A stretch of DNA of 64,000 nucleotides from Kaistia sp. (GTDB lineage: Bacteria; Pseudomonadota; Alphaproteobacteria; Rhizobiales; Kaistiaceae), in contig OZ245873.1 of assembly GCA_965229325.1 (NCBI GenBank), forward strand, positions 914,716-978,715. Reading direction: 5' to 3'. The translations under genes were made by a program, and so were the position numbers. Shown piece by piece: positions 45,869 through 53,901 of the stretch (position 1 is the stretch's first letter; each line of letters begins with the position of its first letter). The notes under the pieces are model-generated. The model was not told where the DNA came from. It did no database searches and saw nothing but the letters and a program-made list of their open reading frames with translations.

Positions 45869-46126
45869 TCAGCGTGTGATGTGCTTGACCGCCCACATGA
45901 CCGACTCTTCGATCTTGGTGGCGGCGAGGCTCAGCTCGCGGGATCCGAACCTGTCGCCATCCGGATCCGTGCCGCCGATCTGGTGCAGAAGCTTGATCGC
46001 GTCGAGGCCGAGATCCTTCACGCTCTTCATCGCGTCCTTTTCGGCATCCGAAAGAACGCGGTAGTTGTGGCGCATCACGTTGTTGATAACGCGCGCGTCG
46101 GACGTGCTCGATACTTCGTCTGCCAT
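45869..46126 (-). CDS. Acb2/Tad1-like helical-hairpin protein (candidate anti-defence sponge)
   Basis: 85 aa; NYRVLSDAEK resembles Acb2 GYRDLSQEE, and SRELSLAATKIEESVMWA resembles Tad1 SRENACALTHVEEALMW (recalled sequences); AAAGGAG RBS. Confidence 0.7.
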   Translation of the reverse strand: MADEVSSTSDARVINNVMRHNYRVLSDAEKDAMKSVKDLGLDAIKLLHQIGGTDPDGDRFGSRELSLAATKIEESVMWAVKHITR

Positions 46127-46148
46127 TGTCGTCTCCTTTGGGCGCCCA

Positions 46149-46196
46149 ATCGCCCGGTGACGCGGCCCCGGCGGAGCCGCGCTGCCGGAAGGTCAG
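46149..46196. repeat. 48-bp direct repeat, copy 2
   Basis: Identical to 45817-45864; includes the TGA stop of the upstream gene. Confidence 0.97.
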
Positions 46197-46459
46197 AACG
46201 GGATTCCATCGTCGATCTCGGCGGGGCCGGGCCGATCGCGCATGGGGGAGGCCCGGTCGACGGGATCGCCGATGAAGCGGCGCTGCACCGGCGGCATCGG
46301 CAGCAGAAAGCTCTGCCGTGCTTCGAGCACGACGAATTCCTGCCCCGGATTGGCGCGCGCGAGCCGCTCGGCCTCGCGCTCGGCGATAGCAGCGCTGGGG
46401 TGCCGCACGGATGGAGCGCCGCCACCGGTCGCGTGAATCATCCAGAATTGATCTGCCAT
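46193..46459 (-). CDS. Small phage protein
   Basis: APSVRHPSAAIAEREAERLARANPGQEFVVLEA; ends DDGIPF. Confidence 0.7.
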   Translation of the reverse strand: MADQFWMIHATGGGAPSVRHPSAAIAEREAERLARANPGQEFVVLEARQSFLLPMPPVQRRFIGDPVDRASPMRDRPGPAEIDDGIPF

Positions 46460-46527
46460 GTCGGTTGTCCGGTCGGTTGGAGGGACGGCGGATGGTCAGC
46501 GCGTCGGCGCGTCTCTGGGCACGGAAG

Positions 46528-46579
46528 CGCACGAAATCGTGCGAATGTGCTTGCACACCGCACGAAGTCGTGCGATAGT
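46528..46579 (+). promoter_or_regulatory. hicAB sigma70 promoter with two palindromic operators
   Basis: TTGCAC(46551)-17 bp-GATAGT(46574); CGCACGA-NN-TCGTGCG at 46528-46543 and 46559-46574. Confidence 0.8.
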
Positions 46580-46604
46580 CCTTGCATTGAAACGGAGACG
46601 GGAG

Positions 46605-46799
46605 ATGACGCGAGACCAGCTCATTCAGGAGCTTCGGAAGCTGGCCCGGAAAGAGGGCAAGGACTTCGAAGTCTTCACGAACAAGGGCAAGGGGTCTCAC
46701 TACCGGGTGCGGTTCGGCGGCGCGATGACGACAGTCAAGGGCGGCGAAATGACCCCGGGTTATGTGAGGCTCATCAAGAAGCAGCTGGGGATCAACTGA
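46605..46799 (+). CDS. hicA: HicA-family toxin
   Basis: 64 aa, GKGSH motif, GGAG RBS. Confidence 0.88.
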   Translation: MTRDQLIQELRKLARKEGKDFEVFTNKGKGSHYRVRFGGAMTTVKGGEMTPGYVRLIKKQLGIN

Positions 46800-46862
46800 T
46801 CCCCAGCCCTTCCTCGCAAGGTCTCTCCCGTCGATGCGTTGGAGCCCAAGGAGGGGCAGAGC

Positions 46863-47297
46863 ATGGACTATATCTATCAGGCCCGGTTCGAGCCGGATCC
46901 GGACGGCGGCTTTCTCGTGACGTTCCCCGACGTCCCGGAGGCGATCACCCATGGCGCGACGATGGACGAAGCCAGGGCGAGCGCCGCCGAGGCGCTCGGC
47001 CTCGCGCTGCGCGGCATCGTCCAGGCCGGCGGCGCCGTCCCGCCGGCGCGCGCCTATCGCGGCGGCCGCGACACGGCGATCGCGGTCCCGGCCGACGACG
47101 CGCTGAAGCTCGCCGTCATCGAGGCCTTCCGTGCTGCAGGAATCACGAAGTCCGAACTCGCCCGCCGGCTCGGCAAGGGCGAGAACGAGGCGCGCCGGAT
47201 CCTCGACCCGGACTATCCCTCGAAGCTCGAGATGCTGTCGGCCGCGCTGGCCGCGCTCGGCCGCACGGTCGTGATCTCCGTCCGGGAGGCGGCATAG
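46863..47297 (+). CDS. hicB: HicB-family antitoxin
   Basis: GGFLVTFPDVPEAITHG.T.DEA; C-terminal HTH KSELARRLG...RRILDP. Confidence 0.92.
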   Translation: MDYIYQARFEPDPDGGFLVTFPDVPEAITHGATMDEARASAAEALGLALRGIVQAGGAVPPARAYRGGRDTAIAVPADDALKLAVIEAFRAAGITKSELARRLGKGENEARRILDPDYPSKLEMLSAALAALGRTVVISVREAA

Positions 47298-47300
47298 ATC

Positions 47301-48089
47301 TTGAGCGAACCCGCGAGGACTATATCGATCAAGACGTTCCGCCTCTGGGTCGCAGTGGTGGCTCTGATGCTTGCCCTTGTAGTGGCCGGATGGAAGTGGC
47401 CGACTTTCATCGAGCAAATCGATCGCTGGCAGACCCTGATAACAGGCATCCTCGCGCTCATTGTCGGGTTTCTGACGATCACGCGCATCGACCACCAGAT
47501 AGCAGAGACCCGCCTTGAGCAGGAACGCAGCCGGCGCGCAATGATCGCGGGCCAGAATCAGCCCGCGATTGAAAGGATCAATCTGATCGGTCTGGCTGTC
47601 GCCAGCTTTCGCGACCGGCTCAGATCGGTGGGCGACAATGCAACGTGGAAGCTCCGGGATACCGTGACCGAGGAGCTGCACCTTAATCGACAACGATACT
47701 TCGACCTCGAAGAGGTAGAGGCCTACTATCTGGCTCGATTTCGGGTGTTGGCACTTGCCGACCGATTCTTCAGCGACAGCGACCAAGAAACGACGCCGAA
47801 GGCCAAGCGGCACCTGGACGCGATCGAGGAGACCGCCATCCTCACGAGCCTGCTGCGCGACATGGCCCTGCTGCTCGGCGAGGGCTACACCCTGCGAGAG
47901 CTGAGCAAGCTCACGAGCCGTCAGATTGCCGAAGCTGCTCATGATATCCGACCGCCGCGTGAAAACTGGCTTCTTGCTTTGCGCCCTTCTCCGGGCGGAC
48001 CCTCTGCCGGCGCCTCCCAACCCCAGACCTCCCAGCCCGGCCGGGCCCGGCGGGCGTTGAGCTCGATCTTCGGCAGCGTCGGGAAATAG
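47301..48089 (+). CDS. Two-TM moron protein of unknown function
   Basis: Two N-terminal TM helices, WQTLITGILAL pattern; AT-richer; overlaps the MT-A70 3' end. Confidence 0.6.
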   Translation: MSEPARTISIKTFRLWVAVVALMLALVVAGWKWPTFIEQIDRWQTLITGILALIVGFLTITRIDHQIAETRLEQERSRRAMIAGQNQPAIERINLIGLAVASFRDRLRSVGDNATWKLRDTVTEELHLNRQRYFDLEEVEAYYLARFRVLALADRFFSDSDQETTPKAKRHLDAIEETAILTSLLRDMALLLGEGYTLRELSKLTSRQIAEAAHDIRPPRENWLLALRPSPGGPSAGASQPQTSQPGRARRALSSIFGSVGK

Positions 48090-49354
48090 GCCTCGATCAG
48101 CTCGGCGAAGATCTCGGGCTTCTCGGAGTGGCGGCCGACCGGCGCTTCGATGACGGACGGCCATTGGGTGCCCTGCGCCGGCGCCGGCGGCTCTCCGCGG
48201 GTCCCGTAGAGCAGGATCTCGTGCTTGTTGCGGTTGATGTGGCCGGTGCCGAGACGGTCCTTCAGCCAGATGAACTGCGTCTTGTAGGTAAAGCCCCAGC
48301 CCTTCATGACGTAGAGGGCGGACAGAAGCATCGGCGCCGTCGCCCAGAGGAACAGCGCGCAGTCCTTGGCCGCGATGTCGCCGACCGGGCGGAGCACGAT
48401 GTCGTTGAGGGGCGAGGTCGGATAGTGGTTGTCGGCCGAGCGGTCCATGCCCGTCTCGTCGCTCCACGTCTCAAACTGCCATTCCGGGTCGGCATAGATG
48501 ACGCCATAGCGCTTGTCGGGGAGCGCGCGCTGACGCTTGCCGAGTTCGCGCTCGCGCACCTCCCGCCGTTCCTTCTTGGCGTGCTGGTCCGCTGCGCGAA
48601 GGTCCTTCACGACCGATCGGAATGCCGAGACCGTGTCGCTGCTGCCGGCGATTGCCGCGATCACCGCCTTCTGTTCTTCCTTCGGCAGCGCCGCGACGGT
48701 TGCGGCCGCGGCGATCGATACGGTGCCTGCGCGCACCTGGTCGACCAGCTCGCGGCCGCCATGATCGCGCACCAGCTTCGCGCGCTCGACGGTGCGCTCC
48801 GGAACGCCGAGCGCCCTCGCCGCCTCCGCCGTCGACAGTGCGGACCCGGACGAGCTTATTCCGCCAATTGGCGGATTTTCCGGGGACTGCTCGCGCGGCC
48901 GGCCGCGGCCGCGGGTCGCGAGATCCGCCGCGATCAGCGCGCGCTGCGCATCGGTCAGATGGCGCCGATGCAGGTTCCGCGAGATCACGGTTGCAAGCGC
49001 ATCGACGCCGGGCACGCCGGCCACTGTGAAATCGTTCGGCAGATGCGCCAGCGCCTGCGGCAGCCGGCTCATTTCCTCGTCGGTCACCGCCCGGCCGGCC
49101 AGCGCCGCCCGAAGCGCCAGGAGGGGCGCTTCGATCGCAAGGCCGAGGATCGCATAGGCGGGCTCGATCCCAATCACCTGCAGGGCGCGGTACCGGTTGC
49201 GCCCGTCGAGGATACGGCCCTGGTGCAGGATGATCGGCTCCTGCTGGCCGTTGTCGCGGAGGTCCTCGATTAGCCCGACAAGCGCTTCGCCCGTCATCAG
49301 CGGAAAGATGTTCGCGAGGTCGTGGAAGGCCGCGCCTTCCGCCAGCATGGTCAT
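47939..49354 (-). CDS. ParB-N / MT-A70 fusion adenine methyltransferase
   Basis: N-terminal G..EPI..ILDGRNRYRA, SRNLHRRHL; C-terminal YGVIYADPEW, DCALFLW, HSEKP, IELNAR. Confidence 0.88.
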   Translation of the reverse strand: MTMLAEGAAFHDLANIFPLMTGEALVGLIEDLRDNGQQEPIILHQGRILDGRNRYRALQVIGIEPAYAILGLAIEAPLLALRAALAGRAVTDEEMSRLPQALAHLPNDFTVAGVPGVDALATVISRNLHRRHLTDAQRALIAADLATRGRGRPREQSPENPPIGGISSSGSALSTAEAARALGVPERTVERAKLVRDHGGRELVDQVRAGTVSIAAAATVAALPKEEQKAVIAAIAGSSDTVSAFRSVVKDLRAADQHAKKERREVRERELGKRQRALPDKRYGVIYADPEWQFETWSDETGMDRSADNHYPTSPLNDIVLRPVGDIAAKDCALFLWATAPMLLSALYVMKGWGFTYKTQFIWLKDRLGTGHINRNKHEILLYGTRGEPPAPAQGTQWPSVIEAPVGRHSEKPEIFAELIEAYFPTLPKIELNARRARPGWEVWGWEAPAEGPPGEGRKARSQFSRGGRIS

Positions 49355-49659
49355 GGCCGCGGCGCTCCCTCGCGGCCGGCGATGGCCCGGACGCGCGCCA
49401 GCGAGGCGTCGCGCTGCTCGAGCTCGCCGCATGCGCTATCGAGGCGATCGAAGATGCCGAGATAGTGCTCGCCATAGTTCAGCACGGCGAAGGCAGCGAG
49501 CGCCCGGCCATGCTGCAGCTCGGCAAGGCCGATCGGCCCTGCCCGCCGGCCGCGCCGCGCGCCGCGGATCGGACGTCGCGTCTCCTCGTCCGCGTCAATG
49601 GGCGAGCCATCGCGCTGTCCCTGCGGCGTAGGCAACTCTGCGGAGCGGCGCGCCTGCAT
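49351..49659 (-). CDS. Hypothetical protein
   Basis: Coupled between DUF2312 and MT-A70. Confidence 0.5.
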   Translation of the reverse strand: MQARRSAELPTPQGQRDGSPIDADEETRRPIRGARRGRRAGPIGLAELQHGRALAAFAVLNYGEHYLGIFDRLDSACGELEQRDASLARVRAIAGREGAPRP

Positions 49660-49661
49660 GA

Positions 49662-49913
49662 TCACACCATGCCCAAGGCTTCTTTGTAGAGATCGAGGAT
49701 CGCGTCCTGTTCCTCGCGCTCGCTCGCATCCTGCTTGCGGAGGCGGATCACGGTCCGCAGCACCTTCGTGTCGTAGCCGTTGCCCTTGGCCTCGCCGTAG
49801 ACGTCCTTGATGTCGTCGCCGATCGCCTTCTTCTCCTCCTCGAGGCGCTCGATCCGCTCGACGATGGAGCGCAACTGCGCGGCGGCGACGCCCTGGACGT
49901 CCGTGTTGCTCAT
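49662..49913 (-). CDS. DUF2312 (GapR-like) DNA-binding protein
   Basis: [63 protein letters not shown]. Confidence 0.95.
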   Translation of the reverse strand: MSNTDVQGVAAAQLRSIVERIERLEEEKKAIGDDIKDVYGEAKGNGYDTKVLRTVIRLRKQDASEREEQDAILDLYKEALGMV

Positions 49914-50425
49914 GACGCCGACCGCCGCTTGAAGAGGATGATCGGATCCGCGCCGGAACTGTTGATGCTGTCGTGGACAGCATCGCCGCGATCCTGGAGG
50001 GCGCTCACCTTCTGGGCGATCTGCTGCTTCTCGGACGGAGAGATGACGCCGTCAGCCGCGGCCCTGTTGATGGTGTCATAGGCATCGAGGGCCGCCTGGC
50101 CGAGGCCGATCTGCGATTCGACGAAGTCGGCGCCGCCGCCGCTGGGACCGCCGCGGGCCGACAGCCGCGCGATGATGTCGGTGTAGTCGGTCGCGCCAGT
50201 CTCGCGCTGGAGCGCAATCGCCGCGACCGCCGGAATGATGTCCGGCTTGTTGTTGTCGCGATACGCGTTGAGCCGGGTGATCGAGCGGCCGCAGATCCGC
50301 GCAGCCCGATCGAGAGTTCCGGCTCGATCCGTCAGGTCGCGGGTCGCGCCCTTGATCGCATAGAACCACTCGGCCGGGATTGGCCCGGCATCCTCCCTGT
50401 CGGAATCACTCTGGCCGGCTGCCAT
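49910..50425 (-). CDS. CII-like regulatory protein
   Basis: Position downstream of cro; [23 protein letters not shown]...Y HTH-like; [11 protein letters not shown]. Confidence 0.55.
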   Translation of the reverse strand: MAAGQSDSDREDAGPIPAEWFYAIKGATRDLTDRAGTLDRAARICGRSITRLNAYRDNNKPDIIPAVAAIALQRETGATDYTDIIARLSARGGPSGGGADFVESQIGLGQAALDAYDTINRAAADGVISPSEKQQIAQKVSALQDRGDAVHDSINSSGADPIILFKRRSAS

Positions 50426-50569
50426 GGAACACCTGCGGTTGGCAATGAGGGGGCGGCCCGGAAAAAGGCGGTCGCCTTTTCCGGTGAAGTCAAAGCTCGG
50501 AACTGGGAGAAGAGGTCGTCCCGCTTGCCTACGGAGGGCCTGTCACATGCCTGTCGCTGCCACGAACCA

Positions 50570-50848
50570 TCAGAGCCTCCGCTCTTCGCCGGCGAGGCCC
50601 GAAAGCGTCTCTTCCGGGATCGCGCCCGCCATGCGGGCCGCTTGCTCGGCAGAGAATGGCGGCGCTGCAGGCGGCGATGCGCCGCCGGAAGACCGCCGCC
50701 GCGCATCAAACGATGCCCTCGTGACGGCCACGAGGATTTGGATCTCTACGTTCCGTTTCAGACGGGAGATTGCCCGCGCAAGAAGGATCACCGCGACCGT
50801 CAGTGCGACGATGGAGACCGATTGGATGTGGTCGATCCACACGTTCAT
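50570..50848 (-). CDS. Small single-TM protein
   Basis: GAGG RBS; SVSIVALTVAVILLA TM. Confidence 0.5.
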   Translation of the reverse strand: MNVWIDHIQSVSIVALTVAVILLARAISRLKRNVEIQILVAVTRASFDARRRSSGGASPPAAPPFSAEQAARMAGAIPEETLSGLAGEERRL

Positions 50849-51000
50849 GCATACCTCAGGAAAATCGCGAAAAGTCGAACGTTTTCAGCGACATGGCGGT
50901 GACCATGATGCCTACAATCCGTTGAAAATGCGATGCAACTTGCGGGAAGCTGTTCGTCCGGCCGGAAAGTCTGGCCGAGGAACAGTGGGAACGCAGGAAG

Positions 51001-51267
51001 ATGTCGATCACACGACTGGAAGAAGAACCAATTGCTTACGAACCAACGCCAATTCCAGATACCGTCGTGACCGGAGCGATGCCCGTCGAAGCGCTCGGAG
51101 GCCTCGTTCGACTTACCTTCTACTCCGACCGGAGAGACGGCTTTGGCACGCCGGAGCGTACGATTGTCGCGCGCCTTGTTTTGGCAAGATCCGCGCTCGC
51201 GGAGATTCTGAGCGCCGTGCATGCGCCTTCGGAGGAGGCAGCCGGCGTGCGCGAAAATCTGCACTAA
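51001..51267 (+). CDS. Small hypothetical protein antisense within the cro operon
   Basis: AGGAAG RBS; 88 aa, GGLVRLTFY..R...VARLVL. Confidence 0.6.
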   Translation: MSITRLEEEPIAYEPTPIPDTVVTGAMPVEALGGLVRLTFYSDRRDGFGTPERTIVARLVLARSALAEILSAVHAPSEEAAGVRENLH

Positions 51268-51272
51268 GTGCC

Positions 51273-51512
51273 TCATTGGCCGCTTCCCGCCGTGGTTGCT
51301 CGGCGCTCGAATTTGAGCCCCAGAATCTCATCGGCCGTGAGCCCCGTTTCTCTGGCAATCCGACCCAGTGCATCTCGATCCGGGAAGCGCGTACCCGCCT
51401 CCCAGCGAGACACGGTCCCGCGGGTGACTCCAACTTGGCGGCCAAACGCCTCTTGGCTGAGCGGCGGAGTCTGGCGCTCTCGATAAACCCGGATGGGATG
51501 AAGGGTGACCAT
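51273..51512 (-). CDS. Cro-like XRE HTH protein
   Basis: LSQEAFGRQVGVTRGTVSRWEAGTRFP; divergent from the repressor. Confidence 0.85.
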   Translation of the reverse strand: MVTLHPIRVYRERQTPPLSQEAFGRQVGVTRGTVSRWEAGTRFPDRDALGRIARETGLTADEILGLKFERRATTAGSGQ

Positions 51513-51520
51513 GGCAACGC

Positions 51521-51548
51521 TGTTACCATGCTGGAAACATTCGGTCAA
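51521..51548 (-). promoter_or_regulatory. pR with operator TGTTTCC-N5-GGTAACA
   Basis: Minus strand TTGACC-gaa-TGTTTCC-AGCAT-GGTAACA; weaker copies at 51555-51573 and 51579-51597. Confidence 0.75.
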
Positions 51549-51607
51549 CCTGCTTGGTTCCGGATTGGGTGACGCGCATGTTTCCAGCGTGGCCTAAACT
51601 GCCAAGC

Positions 51608-51928
51608 ATGAGCATCAGGTCGACAGCGCCGAAACCGCGCCTCTTCATAAAGGAGTGGCGAAACCACCTCGGCATGACGCTTGAGCAGGTTGGAGAGCGC
51701 CTGAATGTCGCCCGGGGCCAAGTGTCCAAATGGGAAAATGAGCAGCATAGGCTCAACCCCCAGAAGCTCGCTAACCTCGAGGCGGCGATGGGGCTAGCGC
51801 CCGGGACTTTTCAGCGGCCGCCGGGTCGCCAGAGCATCGATGCTATGCTTCAAAATGCCGACGATGAGCTATACGCAACCGCCGTGGACATCGTTGCTCG
51901 GCTCGTGAGACCGAAGGATCGAGACTAG
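51608..51928 (+). CDS. CI-like XRE repressor lacking an S24 peptidase domain
   Basis: LFIKEWRNHLGMTLEQVGERLNVARGQVSKWENE HTH; only 106 aa (alternative start 51578). Confidence 0.8.
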   Translation: MSIRSTAPKPRLFIKEWRNHLGMTLEQVGERLNVARGQVSKWENEQHRLNPQKLANLEAAMGLAPGTFQRPPGRQSIDAMLQNADDELYATAVDIVARLVRPKDRD

Positions 51929-52735
51929 CTAGTCGGTCTGGATGTTCACGTTCGTCCAGATTTGCTGGTCTCGCTGCTCAAGGGTGAACTCGATGTTCAC
52001 AACCCGTCCTAGGCTCGTGCTGACGGCTGCGCGGCACGTGCGAAGCTGATTTGCGAAAGAGACCTCTTGAATCCCGTCGATGGTGACAGCGCGGCTGCCA
52101 GTCAATTTTGCCAATGGGATTTCATCGAATAGGCGGCTGGCCTGACCCTTTGCGAAGCCGCTGCTGCAATCCGGAATGCCGCTCCCCCAGTACAAGTTGC
52201 CATTTGTCTGGATCGCCAGAACGGCCAAAGGAGCGCCAGCGGCTGCAATCCACGCAAACACCCAGAGCCAGCTCGTCCTGGCAATTCGAGCGCGCAGGAT
52301 GAGATAGATCGGCAGGAGCAAAAACCCCCACACAATCGGGGAGTCCTGGCGAAGCCGCCCGGCCTTTTTCAATGCGGCAACGTCGAGCGAGCACAACATC
52401 CAGTAAGCGACCGCAGAGCCACCAAGAGTCCAGAGCTGCGGGATGGATTGGCCCGAGACGTTCAGCGCAATTGCGTCGGCCGCCCAAGCGACAAGTGGAA
52501 CAGCGACGATACCGGCAACAAAAGCGACCGGCGCTGGAAGCGCTGGAGGCGTCACGGCCAGTCCAACAATACCGCTGTCGATTTCCGCGAGAGGTAGCCA
52601 GTCGTTGGGCCCGCCCTCGATCCAAGCCAGCGTGTCGCCGTCGACAACGCCGCGATCTCGCATCGACCGGACCTCGTCGGTCGAGTACGGCCCCTTCCGG
52701 CCCCCACCCAGTGCCAGGAAAATTCGCTTATCCAT
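51929..52735 (-). CDS. GYF_2/DUF4339-domain membrane protein (moron)
   Basis: GPYSTDEVRSM...G.VDGDTLAW.EG...W; four TM segments; periplasmic C-terminal Cys pair; AT-richer. Confidence 0.8.
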   Translation of the reverse strand: MDKRIFLALGGGRKGPYSTDEVRSMRDRGVVDGDTLAWIEGGPNDWLPLAEIDSGIVGLAVTPPALPAPVAFVAGIVAVPLVAWAADAIALNVSGQSIPQLWTLGGSAVAYWMLCSLDVAALKKAGRLRQDSPIVWGFLLLPIYLILRARIARTSWLWVFAWIAAAGAPLAVLAIQTNGNLYWGSGIPDCSSGFAKGQASRLFDEIPLAKLTGSRAVTIDGIQEVSFANQLRTCRAAVSTSLGRVVNIEFTLEQRDQQIWTNVNIQTD

Positions 52736-52828
52736 ATCGTCCCCACTTGATCGGATTGCACGCCATCATTCGCGCAACCGCCGTCAAAGTCATCAGCCGC
52801 GAGAAGCCCTGGAAACGCCGATCGCAAT

Positions 52829-52882
52829 GGGTTCCATTTTGGAAACATATGGCTTGACGATCGTGTTTCCATATTGGTAACT
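52829..52882 (+). promoter_or_regulatory. pL with two operators
   Basis: GGGTTCC-ATTTT-GGAAACA (52829-52847); TTGACG (52854); TGTTTCC-ATATT-GGTAACT (52864-52882). Confidence 0.78.
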
Positions 52883-52915
52883 TCGATCCATCACCACCCG
52901 TGATGGAACCCGGCG

Positions 52916-53110
52916 ATGCCCGCACCGACGCCAAGCGCTGCCATCCAGCTTCTGATCCTCGATCACAGCGCCTTCCTCGGCCGCGCGGCGGCCGCCTGCG
53001 AACGCTCCGCGGCGCGCAGTGACGCGGCCGCGCTCGTCGCTGCGACCGAGGCGCGCCAGCTTCGCGCCGAGCAGGCGCATCTCGAAGCGATCGCCCGGGG
53101 AGGCCGCTGA
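52916..53110 (+). CDS. Small helical protein, first gene of the pL arm
   Basis: 64 aa; coupled to the MTase. Confidence 0.55.
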   Translation: MPAPTPSAAIQLLILDHSAFLGRAAAACERSAARSDAAALVAATEARQLRAEQAHLEAIARGGR

Positions 53111-53901
53111 TGCGCGTCTCCAACGAGGTCCTTGATGTGCTCGGCCAGTCGATTTGTGATGGCCACACCTTAACCTTGCCCGCGCGGCTCGAGCGCGCGC
53201 TCTATACCAAGGTCGCCGCCGCGATCGATGCTGCTGGCGGCCGTTGGGATCGCCGGGCGAACGCGCATGTCTTTGGTGCCGACGCGGCTACCCTGATCGA
53301 CGCCATCCTGATGACCGGCACCGTGACCCGGGAAAAGCAGGAGCTTGGACAGTTCGACAGCCCGCCGCCGGTCGTCGACCGCGTCATGGCGAAGGCCGCG
53401 ATCGAGCCGGGGATGACCGTCCTCGAGCCAAGCGCCGGCCTTGGCAATCTGGCCGTCGCGGCGATCGCCGCCGGCGCGCGCGTCACGACCTGCGAGATCG
53501 ACCCGAAGCGCGCTGCTGCGCTGCTGTTCCGGATCACCGACCTCCATCGCAACGGATCCTGGCCGGCGGCCATCGTCTGCGAAGGGATGCTGTGCGACTT
53601 CCTGACGGCCGATCCCGACAAGGTCGGCCGGTTCGACCGCGTCGTCATGAACCCGCCATTTGCTCAGCAGGCGGAGATCGACCACGTGATGCATGCGACA
53701 CGCTTTTTGAAGGCAGGTAGCCGCCTGGTTTCCGTGATGTCGGCGGGCGCTCTTTTCCGCACCAACGTCAAGGCGAAGGCGTTTCGCGCCTTCGTCGAGG
53801 ACTTTGGCGGGTGGTTCGAAGAGCTGCCGGAGCATGCGTTTGCCGCTTCCGGGACATCTGTCCGCGCGGTGATCCTCACCCTGCCGGGAATGCCGGCATG
53901 A
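53110..53901 (+). CDS. SAM-dependent amino-methyltransferase (NPPF type)
   Basis: VLEPSAGLGNL motif I; VVMNPPF motif IV. Confidence 0.88.
   Translation: MRVSNEVLDVLGQSICDGHTLTLPARLERALYTKVAAAIDAAGGRWDRRANAHVFGADAATLIDAILMTGTVTREKQELGQFDSPPPVVDRVMAKAAIEPGMTVLEPSAGLGNLAVAAIAAGARVTTCEIDPKRAAALLFRITDLHRNGSWPAAIVCEGMLCDFLTADPDKVGRFDRVVMNPPFAQQAEIDHVMHATRFLKAGSRLVSVMSAGALFRTNVKAKAFRAFVEDFGGWFEELPEHAFAASGTSVRAVILTLPGMPA

Noticed and set aside
45817-46196. Repeat pair as CRISPR array or integron attC
   Set aside because: Only two copies around a 284-bp coding spacer; no cas genes or integron integrase; no RYYYAAC/GTTRRRY ends
45861-48467. 868-aa minus-strand ORF and 545-aa plus-strand ORF (45881-47518)
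   Set aside because: Low-complexity shadows crossing several real genes on both strands
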